Origin: a bacterium
GTDB taxonomy: Bacteria > Zhuqueibacterota > Zhuqueibacteria > Residuimicrobiales > Krinioviventaceae
DNA length: 64,000 bases
Reading direction: 5' to 3'
Assembly: GCA_963693055.1 (NCBI GenBank)
Contig: OY843751.1
Coordinates: 512,001-576,000, forward strand
Numbering within the stretch: the stretch's first letter is position 1; each line of letters starts with the position of its first letter. Below, piece after piece: positions 26,164 to 35,996 of the stretch. The notes beneath the pieces were generated by a model. It saw nothing but the letters and a program-made list of their open reading frames with translations. It was not told the DNA's origin and ran no database searches. The translations under genes and the position numbers were made by a program.

Positions 26164-27417
26164 GTGCTGAATGAAAGCGATATTAAAGATTCACTTGTAC
26201 TGATTGTAGATGATAATCCTAAAAATATTCAGGTTTTGGGAAAAATATTAACCATACATGGTTTCAGACCGGCAATTGCATCAAGTGGTAAGCAAGCTGT
26301 TAAAATTACACAAAAAAGAAAACCGGATTTGATATTGATGGATATTATGATGCCGGAAATGGATGGATTTGAAACTACTAAACAGATCAAGAACAATCCG
26401 GATTTGATAGACATCCCTGTAATATTTCTTACTGCCAAGGTTGAATTGCAGAGTAAACTCAAAGGTTTTGAACTGGGTGCAGTAGATTATATTATTAAAC
26501 CTTTTGAATCCATTGAGGTAATGAAAAGGGTGGAAACTCATCTGAAACTAAAAAAAGCGGTTGATATTATTACAAAATATAATAATGAGCTTGAAGTCCT
26601 TTTAGAAGAACGAACTCGCGATTTGATTGCAACAGAGCGGCATGCAGCTTTTAGTTTGATGATTCAGGGGCTTATACATAATTTTAAAAATGTGCTTACG
26701 GGTATATATAGTTATGGTGATTATTTGCAATACAAGATGGCCGACCTTGAAGAAAAGATATCTAATAATGATTTGGACATGGAAGGGGTCAGCGAGAAAA
26801 TTACAGAGATGATCCCTTATTGTGATAAAGTTGTAGAACGGTCTCATGATATGAATGATATGGTAAGCTCGCTTATGATAAAAAGTCGTCAGGATAAAAG
26901 TACTGAAATACAACTTGTAGATTTAAACGATTTGTTAAAACGGGAATTGGATTTTTATAATGCCAATATGCAATACAAACACAATGTTACCAAAGAAATT
27001 TATCTAAGTAATGATGCCTTGTATGCGCAAATCGTTCCAGGTGAAATGACCCAGGTATTTCAAAATCTTATCAGTAACGCACTGGATGCTTTTGGCGATA
27101 CCAAAAAGGGTATGCTTGAATTTACTTCCGGAAGAGAAAATGGCAATGTCTGGATATCTATAAAAGACAATGGCCCTGGTATTCCTCAGGAGATTCAAAC
27201 TAAAATATTTGAACCATTTTTTACAACCAAAAAAAGGGCAGATAATCAAGATGAAGGGCCATCAGGTACAGGTTTGGGTTTGTACATGTGTAAACAAACT
27301 GTAGAATCATACGATGGAGAGTTGAAACTAGAATCTCAAGTGGGGCAGGGAACCCGTTTTAAAATAATATTGCCGGAAGGTAATAAAGGAAATGGGCTGG
27401 ATAATATTATTTGTTGA
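26164..27417 (+). CDS. Receiver-histidine kinase hybrid
   Basis: LIVDDNP; LMDIMMP; NLISNALDA; DNGPG; GTGLGL; GTG 26164 follows AGAGG (26140 is an alternative start). Confidence 0.92.
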   Translation: MLNESDIKDSLVLIVDDNPKNIQVLGKILTIHGFRPAIASSGKQAVKITQKRKPDLILMDIMMPEMDGFETTKQIKNNPDLIDIPVIFLTAKVELQSKLKGFELGAVDYIIKPFESIEVMKRVETHLKLKKAVDIITKYNNELEVLLEERTRDLIATERHAAFSLMIQGLIHNFKNVLTGIYSYGDYLQYKMADLEEKISNNDLDMEGVSEKITEMIPYCDKVVERSHDMNDMVSSLMIKSRQDKSTEIQLVDLNDLLKRELDFYNANMQYKHNVTKEIYLSNDALYAQIVPGEMTQVFQNLISNALDAFGDTKKGMLEFTSGRENGNVWISIKDNGPGIPQEIQTKIFEPFFTTKKRADNQDEGPSGTGLGLYMCKQTVESYDGELKLESQVGQGTRFKIILPEGNKGNGLDNIIC

Positions 27418-28210
27418 TTAATTTTGAGGCACCTGCAGTTTTTTCTTTTCTATTGATCCAAAATAGAATATTTTTTTGACTCCGGTCCCATGCTATACCC
27501 TGGCCATGATTATTGATAGGTATTGTTTCTTGCCATTGCAAGATAGAGCCTGCTTTGGGTAGTGATAATACATAAACCTCACCCAGATCATGTCCTGTGC
27601 AGTATAATTTCCCATCAGGGCCCCACGAACCACCCGAGTTACTCATGGGTTTGAACTTTTCAATAATTGTATCCGGAAACGTCCAACTTTGCAGCTCTTG
27701 CCAGTTTTCATCGAGTTGTACCAGTACAGTAGATTCTACTCCCTTGCCGGTTTGTGCTTTAAAACGTTCATAGTGAGAAAAAACCGCCCACCAGGAATCG
27801 TTATAAAAATCTACCCAGGTGCAAGAACCCCATTTAATTCCAAAACTATGCGAACTAATATGTTCAAGCGTTTCAGCATTCCAAATTTCTATAGAACTGG
27901 TCATGGGTATACCCGGATAATTGGAATGGGCCGCGTATAGTTTTCCGTCTATGATTACACCGCTATCCAGATGTATTATGGGTTCGCTTTCTGAGCTTTT
28001 CCAGGATTTTATCAGTCTGTGTGTTGTTTTATCATACTTTGCTATTTTTTTTGTAGAGATGGTATAAATTGCATGACTGTCTACCGCTATACCCTGATGG
28101 GCATCGGGACAAGGGAATTCTAATAGAGTCTGAAATTCAGACTGCTGCGAAAATGAGCACATTGAGGATAACAGTATGAACAGAAATGTTTGAAATGCTG
28201 TTTTTTTCAT
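27407..28210 (-). CDS. Exported hypothetical protein, probable beta-propeller
   Basis: Signal peptide; AHQGIAVD, SNSGGSWGPDG and GQGIAWD blade-like motifs; coupled to the upstream transporter. Confidence 0.8.
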   Translation of the reverse strand: MKKTAFQTFLFILLSSMCSFSQQSEFQTLLEFPCPDAHQGIAVDSHAIYTISTKKIAKYDKTTHRLIKSWKSSESEPIIHLDSGVIIDGKLYAAHSNYPGIPMTSSIEIWNAETLEHISSHSFGIKWGSCTWVDFYNDSWWAVFSHYERFKAQTGKGVESTVLVQLDENWQELQSWTFPDTIIEKFKPMSNSGGSWGPDGKLYCTGHDLGEVYVLSLPKAGSILQWQETIPINNHGQGIAWDRSQKNILFWINRKEKTAGASKLINK

Positions 28211-29790
28211 AACCGCCCCATTATCTGAGCACATATAATAATAATTACAAGCGCTATGGGATAAACAGTTGCGTAAGCAATTTGAGGGGCATCACAATCG
28301 GTCATGGGGTCAATTGCCGCCAGGCCGGGTGTACTGGTCATGCCGCCGGTTAATGCGCCTAGTAATGTTAAAAAATTAATCTTGAATAAAAATCTGCCAA
28401 TGAATGTCCCTATTACCAGCGGTACCAGGGTAATTATAGCACCTACAATGAATAAGCTCATGCCATATTGTTTATAGCTTTCAGTAATGTGAGAACCCGC
28501 TTCGGTACCTACTGCGGCCAGAAAAAATAATAATCCCAATGTTCTCAAGAGCTGGTTAGCTGTTCCGGACATGGACCATACAATAGGGCCGGTTCGTCCC
28601 AGTTTACTAAGTAGTATCGCAACTGTTAAAACACCTCCGGTCAAACCCAGGCTAAAGGATGTGGTCCCATACAGGGGAATACGAAGCTTGCCGATTAAGA
28701 TACCTAAAACTATACCCACTGCAATAGGAAGGAAATCGGTTTCTGAGAGTTTACTGGCATTATTGCCCAACAGCTTTATAATATTTTTCATGTTTCCTTG
28801 ATCACTGGCGATCATTAGTTTGTCACCCATCCGAAGTTGATTGTTCGGACTAGGCGAAATGTCAATACCACTTCTGCGAATACGTGTGACATTGGCGTTA
28901 TAATTACGCAGCAGGTTCAATTCACCCAGTGATTTTCCTACAACTTTTTTATTCGTGATCAATATCCACTGCACATCATAACCCTTGCCAAGGGGCATCT
29001 CATCATCTGTTTTTGAACCAATTAAGATTTTAATACGTTCAAGATCTTTTTCCGAACCAACGGCTTTAATCATATCTCCGGTATAAAGAACGGTTTCCGG
29101 TACGGGGGTTATGGCTTCATCTTTGTGCATAACCCTTGAGATCGTTGCGCCTGTCATGGTTTTTACCTGCATTTCGCGCAAGGTTTTTCCGTTTACATTT
29201 ATATTTTCAACAATAAAGTTTGCGTTAAAGATTTTCGGGTATTGTGCATAAGCTTCTTTGTTATGATCGAGCACTGCCTGGTGAATGTCGACCTTGATGG
29301 CTTTGGGTAAAAGTCTAACGAAAAGAATAACTCCCAGCACACCAAAGGGGTATGCAACACCATAGCCAATTGAGGCAATAGGCGAACCTGCACTTTCTAT
29401 GGCTGCGGCAAGCCCAGGAGTACTGGTTAAGGCACCGGTTAAAAGTCCTACACCAATTTTATAATCAATACCGTATACTTTAACAAGCGCAATGGCAATT
29501 AATGTTGCGCTGACCATCATTGCTACAACAGTCAGAATAATCTTTAGACCTTGCTTTTGAAACGACCCAAAAAATCCAGGCCCGGCCTGAATACCAATTG
29601 TAAAAATGAATAACAAAACACCTATTTTGTTAAAATCCTGGGGAACAATGATACCAAAATAACCCATAACAAGTGCAACAAATATTACCGCTGAAATATC
29701 GAGCGATATCCCTTTAATCTTGATATGCCCAAACAAGATCCCCAGGGCTATAATCAAAAAGAGAGCAAAATAACTTTCAGATAACAGCAA
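28207..29790 (-). CDS. AspT/YidE/YbjL family antiporter with two TrkA-C domains
   Basis: Duplicated GALTSTPGL / GGMTSTPGL; YGVAYPFG; YATVYP. Confidence 0.92.
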   Translation of the reverse strand: MLLSESYFALFLIIALGILFGHIKIKGISLDISAVIFVALVMGYFGIIVPQDFNKIGVLLFIFTIGIQAGPGFFGSFQKQGLKIILTVVAMMVSATLIAIALVKVYGIDYKIGVGLLTGALTSTPGLAAAIESAGSPIASIGYGVAYPFGVLGVILFVRLLPKAIKVDIHQAVLDHNKEAYAQYPKIFNANFIVENINVNGKTLREMQVKTMTGATISRVMHKDEAITPVPETVLYTGDMIKAVGSEKDLERIKILIGSKTDDEMPLGKGYDVQWILITNKKVVGKSLGELNLLRNYNANVTRIRRSGIDISPSPNNQLRMGDKLMIASDQGNMKNIIKLLGNNASKLSETDFLPIAVGIVLGILIGKLRIPLYGTTSFSLGLTGGVLTVAILLSKLGRTGPIVWSMSGTANQLLRTLGLLFFLAAVGTEAGSHITESYKQYGMSLFIVGAIITLVPLVIGTFIGRFLFKINFLTLLGALTGGMTSTPGLAAIDPMTDCDAPQIAYATVYPIALVIIIICAQIMGRL

Positions 29791-29944
29791 AATATTTCTC
29801 CAATAATTGAATGGATAATATACAAAAAAGCAAACACAATTTAAATTAAATTTTAGTAATTGTAGAGCGTAAAGTTTTGAATGAAATATTTTTTGTTTTT
29901 TTTACTTGAAAATTGTAAGTTAGTAAAAGTAAAAAGGACAGGTA

Positions 29945-30430
29945 ATGAAAACGCTAAAAGAGATAATTTGTATTGTTGCTATATCAGTCGTATTGGGTTT
30001 ACTGGTGAATATGTTTCATCCCGAGCCTGCTGTATTATCCTGGGAGCGGCCTTTGCCCTTGATGAATAAAAGTGATGGGATGGAGATTGGTACTGATCCT
30101 GCAATTATTTCCATAGATCAGTTGAAGGATTTGATAGAAAAGGGGAATGTTTTAATCATAGACGCAAGATTGCCTGAGGAATATAATGTTGGGCATATCC
30201 CCGATGCGATCAATGTTTCATTTGATCTGCTGGGGGAACATGTACAAAAAATATTGCAAGAACCACGCGACCGTGCTCTTGTTACATATTGTGATGGACC
30301 TCCCTGTGAAAAAAGTGTTGTGTTGGCAACAGAATTGAAAAGTTTGGAATTTACCAAAGTTTATGTCTTTTATGATGGCCTGGAAGATTGGATCGGAAAT
30401 GGTAATCGGGTAACAGAGGAGGCAGAGTGA
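29945..30430 (+). CDS. Membrane-anchored rhodanese-like protein
   Basis: IIDARLPEEYNVGHIPDAIN; YCDGPPC; GLEDW. Confidence 0.9.
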   Translation: MKTLKEIICIVAISVVLGLLVNMFHPEPAVLSWERPLPLMNKSDGMEIGTDPAIISIDQLKDLIEKGNVLIIDARLPEEYNVGHIPDAINVSFDLLGEHVQKILQEPRDRALVTYCDGPPCEKSVVLATELKSLEFTKVYVFYDGLEDWIGNGNRVTEEAE

Positions 30431-30849
30431 TGAAAAAATGGATAATTCTGGGAATCCGTCTAATACTGGCCGCGGTTTTTATTTATGCGGGCATAGGAAA
30501 AATACTAGACCCTGCAGGCTTTACTGCTGATATAGAAAATTACAGGCTTTTACCCTATTTTCTTTCTGCTTTGACTGCTGTGGTATTACCATGGATTGAG
30601 GTGATATGTGGAATTTTGCTGATAACCGGTAAATGGATTAACGGTGCATCTTTGATCATTATAATATTGAATATGGTTTTTATAATTGCTATAACAAGTG
30701 CTATTTTGAGGGGGCTGGATATAAATTGTGGATGTTTTTCTTTGAGCAAAGAAGGTTCAAGCGTATCAATAGTTCGTATCGCGGAAGATTTTTTGTTTTT
30801 AGGATTTGCAATAGTGATATTTCTTGTTAATCGTAAATCGGCTTTATAG
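30427..30849 (+). CDS. MauE/DoxX family membrane protein
   Basis: RLILAAVFIYAGIGKI; LPWIE; RGLDINCGCF. Confidence 0.9.
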   Translation: MMKKWIILGIRLILAAVFIYAGIGKILDPAGFTADIENYRLLPYFLSALTAVVLPWIEVICGILLITGKWINGASLIIIILNMVFIIAITSAILRGLDINCGCFSLSKEGSSVSIVRIAEDFLFLGFAIVIFLVNRKSAL

Positions 30850-30962
30850 TATTTATCAGGAATTTTAAAAATATCTCTGTTTATCCTTGTTTATCAACAA
30901 AATTTTTATTATAACTGTATAATATAGTATTAAATGTTTTATTTGTTTAAACAAGTTTTAAA

Positions 30963-33611
30963 TTGAATGATTTGAATAAAAAAATCAACATGAATAGCAA
31001 TTCGAGTAATATTGTTCTTTTTTTTGAACTGTATTTGATTTGGTTGCTGCCTTTTTTTGTTTTGGAATTATATTCCAGTTCAGGTAGATTGTTCTCTCAA
31101 GATTATCATCCCTTTTATATTATTAATTCTATTATTTTGCTAATCGCCTTGGTTCCCGTTTTTGCGAAATCTGTTTTGAAGCAGAATTTTCGTTATAATA
31201 TCTATATTGCAATATTTTTAGTATTAGGATTTACCCATTTGTTGCAGTGGGGGCCCATGGGTTCAGCCAGCATGTATTATATTTCTGCATTGATTTTTGT
31301 TATTGCAGGACAAAGGTTACATCGATCATATCTGCTTCCTTTCAGTATGGCTTTGTACCTGATAATCTCTATCCTTATTCTAACTGATATAGTCCCTGTG
31401 TTTTTGATCGATGAAAATCAAACATTGTTTAAAACCTTTTCTTTTTTTGCTTCGTTTGGTTTGCTGATATATATGATTGTTTTGCTGAATGGTAACCAAA
31501 ACAAAAAAGTTTTTGTGAGTAATGAGGGGGGGCTGGATTATAAAAGTTTGTTTGAAAATTCGATATTGGGTATCTATCGATCAACGCCAGGTGGAGAAAT
31601 CCAATATGCCAACCCTGCTTTGTTAAAAATGCTTGGATATAATACTCTGGAAGAATTACAGGAACGAAACCTTGAGCAGGATGGCTATCTTGAAAGTGAT
31701 TCCCGTACAAAATTCAAAGAGCAAATTGAACAAAAAGGCCGAATTGTTGGATTTGAGTCAGCATGGAAAAAATATGATAAATCTTTTATATATATTCGAG
31801 AAAATGCAATCTGTGTTCGTGCTAAAAATAAAATACTTTATTATGAAGGCACAGTAGAAGATATTACCGAACGTAAATTTACTGAGGAACGGTTGCGTCT
31901 TTTTCAGAGTGCATTGGCAGCTTCTTCAGATGCCGTGGGAATGTCTACCCCTGAAGGTGTGCACTGGTTTCAAAACAAAATATTTGATGAGCTTTTTGGA
32001 GATATTGGAAGTGATCCTGCTGCTACATTGTATGTAGATAATCAGGTTGGGCGAAAAGTATTTGAAACAATTCAAGGCGGAGACCAGTGGATAGGTGAAG
32101 TAGAAATGTATGGCAAAGATGGCAGTGTTTTGCAAATACTGTTACGAGCGTATCCATTCAAAGATAAACAGGGAAACATTTCCGGGTTGGTTGGTCTGCA
32201 TACTGATATAACCAATTGGAAAAAAGCAGAAATTGCTTTGCGTGAAAGTGAGAAAAAATATTCTACGGTTGTTGAAAATAGCAATGATGCTATATTGATC
32301 CACAGGAATGGTAAAATTCTTTATGCCAATGCGGCCGCCTTTAGATACACCGGATATACTTATCATGAACTGGTTGGGAAAAATATGTTCGAGTTTTTAT
32401 ATCCTGATGATATTAACTCAATTAGTGTACGAATGAGTAATAGAATTGCGGGTGTGGATTTAAAGAGTTCTATTGAAGTGTCTATCAAGTTAAAAAATGG
32501 AGAATACTTGCCAGTAGATCTGAATGCTACTAAAATTGAATACCTGGGAGAACCTTCCATTGTTGTATTTCTGCGAGATATTCAGGAAAGAAAAATTGCA
32601 GATGAGAAATTAAGACAATATAAACGGGCCATTGAAGGTGTTAAAGATCTTATTGCTGCTGTTGATAAGGATTACAAAGTTATTTTTGCCAACAAGATGT
32701 ATTTGGAAAGGCATCAATTACAAAACAACCAGATTATTGGGGCCCATTTTGCAGATATTGTTGGTGAAAAAATATTTTATGATGTATTGAAACAAAAAAT
32801 TGATCAATGTTTACGCGGAGATATTGTATTTTTTGAGGTGCCATTTACCTACCCTGAGATTGGTGAAAGACAACTTGAAGTTTGGTATTATCCATTGAAA
32901 AATGAAAAAAATGATATTGAAGGTGTTGTCGGAATAGTTAAAGACATTACAGATAGAAAAAAAGCTGAAGACCAGATTAAAAGGAATTTGCAGGAAAAAG
33001 AAGTGATGTTGAAAGAAATACATCACCGGGTTAAGAATAATCTTCAAATCATGAACAGTCTGATTTATCTCCAGTCACGTCATAACAGTAAATTGACTTT
33101 TAAAGAATACGCAAAAGAACTGTCAGGACGAATTCAATCAATGGCTTATATTCATGAACAATTGTACAAGACTGAAAATATGGCAAGTATTTACATGCCA
33201 ACATATATTGAAAGCCTGGTAGGCTCTATTATGAACAATTATTCATGTGATAATATTATGGTTACTAAAGATATTGATGATATATATTTGGATATTGATC
33301 GTTCTGTTCCCGCAGGGTTGATATTTAATGAATTAATGACAAATGTTATAAAGCATGCATTCCCTGAGGAAAAAGGGGGGCTGGTCAATATTTCTTTAAA
33401 GATTAAAGATGATTCTTATGTGTTTATATTTAAGGATAATGGTGTGGGGCTACCCGATTCAATTGATATTAATGAACCTTCCACACTGGGGTTAAAGCTG
33501 GTTTCGATTCTGGTAAAACAATTGGATGGAATATTTGAAATAGAAAACCGTAACGGTTTGACCGTTACGGTTCGAATTTCTGCAAATGGGGAAAGTGGAT
33601 CTCACAATTAG
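30963..33611 (+). CDS. Membrane multi-PAS histidine kinase, HisKA_2/HWE-type
   Basis: N-terminal TM region; four PAS domains; LKEIHHRVKNNLQ; NELMTNVIKHAF; DNGVG; start uncertain (30963 or 30990). Confidence 0.92.
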   Translation: MNDLNKKINMNSNSSNIVLFFELYLIWLLPFFVLELYSSSGRLFSQDYHPFYIINSIILLIALVPVFAKSVLKQNFRYNIYIAIFLVLGFTHLLQWGPMGSASMYYISALIFVIAGQRLHRSYLLPFSMALYLIISILILTDIVPVFLIDENQTLFKTFSFFASFGLLIYMIVLLNGNQNKKVFVSNEGGLDYKSLFENSILGIYRSTPGGEIQYANPALLKMLGYNTLEELQERNLEQDGYLESDSRTKFKEQIEQKGRIVGFESAWKKYDKSFIYIRENAICVRAKNKILYYEGTVEDITERKFTEERLRLFQSALAASSDAVGMSTPEGVHWFQNKIFDELFGDIGSDPAATLYVDNQVGRKVFETIQGGDQWIGEVEMYGKDGSVLQILLRAYPFKDKQGNISGLVGLHTDITNWKKAEIALRESEKKYSTVVENSNDAILIHRNGKILYANAAAFRYTGYTYHELVGKNMFEFLYPDDINSISVRMSNRIAGVDLKSSIEVSIKLKNGEYLPVDLNATKIEYLGEPSIVVFLRDIQERKIADEKLRQYKRAIEGVKDLIAAVDKDYKVIFANKMYLERHQLQNNQIIGAHFADIVGEKIFYDVLKQKIDQCLRGDIVFFEVPFTYPEIGERQLEVWYYPLKNEKNDIEGVVGIVKDITDRKKAEDQIKRNLQEKEVMLKEIHHRVKNNLQIMNSLIYLQSRHNSKLTFKEYAKELSGRIQSMAYIHEQLYKTENMASIYMPTYIESLVGSIMNNYSCDNIMVTKDIDDIYLDIDRSVPAGLIFNELMTNVIKHAFPEEKGGLVNISLKIKDDSYVFIFKDNGVGLPDSIDINEPSTLGLKLVSILVKQLDGIFEIENRNGLTVTVRISANGESGSHN

Positions 33612-33631
33612 TTTGTTTGGATATTGGGAGA

Positions 33632-34540
33632 TTAAAAATTATCTGCGTCTATATAAGCTTGTAAAAGTGCTTTTTCACCCTCAATGCCTTTTTTAGACAA
33701 TCCATGCTCCATTCCCATAATGTAGGATGCGTCTTTTTCATAGATATGTTTAAAAATATTGCGATAGTTGATTTCTCCGGTGCCCGGTTCTTTACGTCCG
33801 GGATTATCTCCCATTTGAAAATATCCAATTTCGCTCCATGCCATATCCATATTGGGAATCAGGTTGCCTTCGGTGACCTGCTGATGGTAGAGATCGTCAA
33901 GAATTTTACAAGAAGGGCTGCCAACAGCCTGGCAAATCATATATGCTTGTGGAATTTTTGTAAGGAACAGACCCGGGTGATTGGTCCAATGATTTAGTGG
34001 CTCTAAAACCATAACCAGGCCCGAAGGTTCACAAATTTCAGCGGCACGTTTTAAATTATCAATTACATTGGCGGTTTGATAATCCCATTCCAGCCCTTTA
34101 TCATAACAACCGGGGACAACAGTAGTAAATTTTGCATTCACGCGTTTGGCAACTTCAACGGCAGCTTTAATGTCTTTGAGGATCTGATCGCGAATTTCCT
34201 TGTCGTTACTGGCAAAGTTAACATTTTTAAAATCGGCTGTTGCAACAAAGACCCCCATTTCAAGGCCCAGGCGGTCCATCTCTTTTGCAATCTTTTCCTG
34301 TGTTGCAATTTCGCGACCTTTCATTCCGTTATCTTCAAATGCTCTGAATCCTGCATCGGCAATGAATTTCAGTTGATCAATAAAATCTTCACCGGCATGA
34401 TGTTTAAACATACCAAAATGAGGTGCGTATTTTAATTTGAAATTCTGTTTTTTTACTGCAGCGGAAGCGTTTTTATAGCTTGTAGCAGCAACACCTGCTG
34501 CGGCAATACCTGTGGTTGCCAAAAATTCCCGACGATTCAT
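33632..34540 (-). CDS. Tat-exported hydroxypyruvate isomerase-like TIM-barrel protein
   Basis: MNRREFL; VLEPLN; DLYHQQ; DNPGRKEPGTGEINY. Confidence 0.9.
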   Translation of the reverse strand: MNRREFLATTGIAAAGVAATSYKNASAAVKKQNFKLKYAPHFGMFKHHAGEDFIDQLKFIADAGFRAFEDNGMKGREIATQEKIAKEMDRLGLEMGVFVATADFKNVNFASNDKEIRDQILKDIKAAVEVAKRVNAKFTTVVPGCYDKGLEWDYQTANVIDNLKRAAEICEPSGLVMVLEPLNHWTNHPGLFLTKIPQAYMICQAVGSPSCKILDDLYHQQVTEGNLIPNMDMAWSEIGYFQMGDNPGRKEPGTGEINYRNIFKHIYEKDASYIMGMEHGLSKKGIEGEKALLQAYIDADNF

Positions 34541-34682
34541 TGTACCTCCGAATTGTAAAATAAGCGATTAATTCTTTTTTTTATTCTATGGCTTTTTGGT
34601 AAAAGAGTCAAGAAAAAAAAGTTGTTGTTTGGAGCTAAAGCACAGCATTTACAGTAATTGAAAGTTAATGTTGTTTTTTGTA

Positions 34683-34730
34683 TTGACATTCAATTCAAGA
34701 ATAATTATAATCAATTAGGAATGATTATTA
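34683..34730 (+). promoter_or_regulatory. Consensus sigma70 promoter overlapped by two Fur/Per-like 7-1-7 boxes
   Basis: TTGACA (34683)-N17-TATAAT (34706); CAAGAAT-A-ATTATAA 34696-34710; TAGGAAT-G-ATTATTA 34716-34730. Confidence 0.75.
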
Positions 34731-34740
34731 ATAGAGCAGT

Positions 34741-35154
34741 ATGGAAACCAAAAACAACCGTTCTCTTTATAGACAAAGTAAGCAGCGCGACAGGATTTTA
34801 GAATTATTACGTTCTACTAAAACACATCCTACAGCGGACTGGATTTATGAGAATCTGAAAAAGGAATTCCCTAATCTTAGCCTCGGAACCGTATATCGTA
34901 ACCTTTCTATTTTGGCTGAGCAGGGTTTTATTAAGAAAATTCAGTATGGCAGCACGTTTGATAGATTCGAGGCCAATATTGCACTGCATTACCATTTGAT
35001 TTGTGACAAATGCGGCAGTATTTCTGATTTTGAAATGCCGGTAGAACAGGGGTTGAATGAAAAAGCAAACCAGTTTACTGAATTTAAAGTAAAACGACAT
35101 AAATTGGAATTTTTCGGATTATGTAAATCTTGCGGTGATCTTGAGATAGACTGA
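34741..35154 (+). CDS. Fur family regulator, PerR-like
   Basis: HPTADWIY; SLGTVYRNL; HYHLICDKCG; GLCKSC. Confidence 0.93.
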   Translation: METKNNRSLYRQSKQRDRILELLRSTKTHPTADWIYENLKKEFPNLSLGTVYRNLSILAEQGFIKKIQYGSTFDRFEANIALHYHLICDKCGSISDFEMPVEQGLNEKANQFTEFKVKRHKLEFFGLCKSCGDLEID

Positions 35155-35313
35155 GTGAGAGGCAACCCGGGGCCAGATAGACAATTATTAATGCTTTGAT
35201 ATAATAATTTCTTTTTTGTACCTTATAATGTGCATAATATTTTTATGCGCCCTGTTTTTTATTCTCTCAAATTATTACATAAATCATCACTGAAATTCTT
35301 GGAGGAATTTGTA

Positions 35314-35808
35314 ATGCATGAAAAAAGTATAGAGCTGTTAAATAAAGCTGTTGCGGATGAAATGACTGCTGTTCATCAATATATGTATTTTCATTTTCAT
35401 TGTGACGATCAAGGCTTTGATTTGCTGGCAAACCTGTTTAAACGTACCGCTATTAGTGAAATGATGCATGTAGAACAATTGGCAGAACGTATTTTGTTTT
35501 TAAAAGGTGAAGTTGAATTACATGCTGCCAAAGATGTTGTAAAAATTCATGATGTTAAAGAAATGTTGAAAACCGCATGTGGTATGGAAGAAGCATCTGT
35601 TAAAGATTATAACATGTGGGCGAATGAATGTGCGCAAAATGCAGATTCTGTATCTAAAAAACTTTTTGAAGCACTTGTAGCAGATGAAGAAGGCCATTTT
35701 GATCAGTTTGATACCGAGCTGGAAAATATTGAAAAATTTGGCGTTCAATACCTGGCTCTGCAATCCATTGAGAGAAGTAAAGCAATGGGCGCCGGCGGCG
35801 AAGCTTAA
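35314..35808 (+). CDS. bfr: Bacterioferritin
   Basis: DEMTAVHQY; EMMH (heme Met and ferroxidase ligands); ERILFL; DEEGH; SD GGAGG before ATG 35314. Confidence 0.9.
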   Translation: MHEKSIELLNKAVADEMTAVHQYMYFHFHCDDQGFDLLANLFKRTAISEMMHVEQLAERILFLKGEVELHAAKDVVKIHDVKEMLKTACGMEEASVKDYNMWANECAQNADSVSKKLFEALVADEEGHFDQFDTELENIEKFGVQYLALQSIERSKAMGAGGEA

Positions 35809-35844
35809 AAAATAATTTTTTTCTTGAATATTTTTGATTAAATT

Positions 35845-35872
35845 AAGGTCTGTTTTATAACAGACCTTTTTT
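35845..35872 (+). terminator. Intrinsic terminator
   Basis: AAGGTCTGTT-TTAT-AACAGACCTT plus T-tract. Confidence 0.8.
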
Positions 35873-35996
35873 ATTGGCCGTAATTAGGGGCTATATCGGC
35901 TCGTTAGTTAACAACCCCATCCAAGTTTATTCTTCTTAAAATATTATCACAGATTTTTGTGGTACTGCAGAGGTGTATTTCTAGAAAGACATAGAT

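Noticed and set aside
35873-35996. Riboswitch upstream of SulP
   Set aside because: No recognisable aptamer or expression platform.
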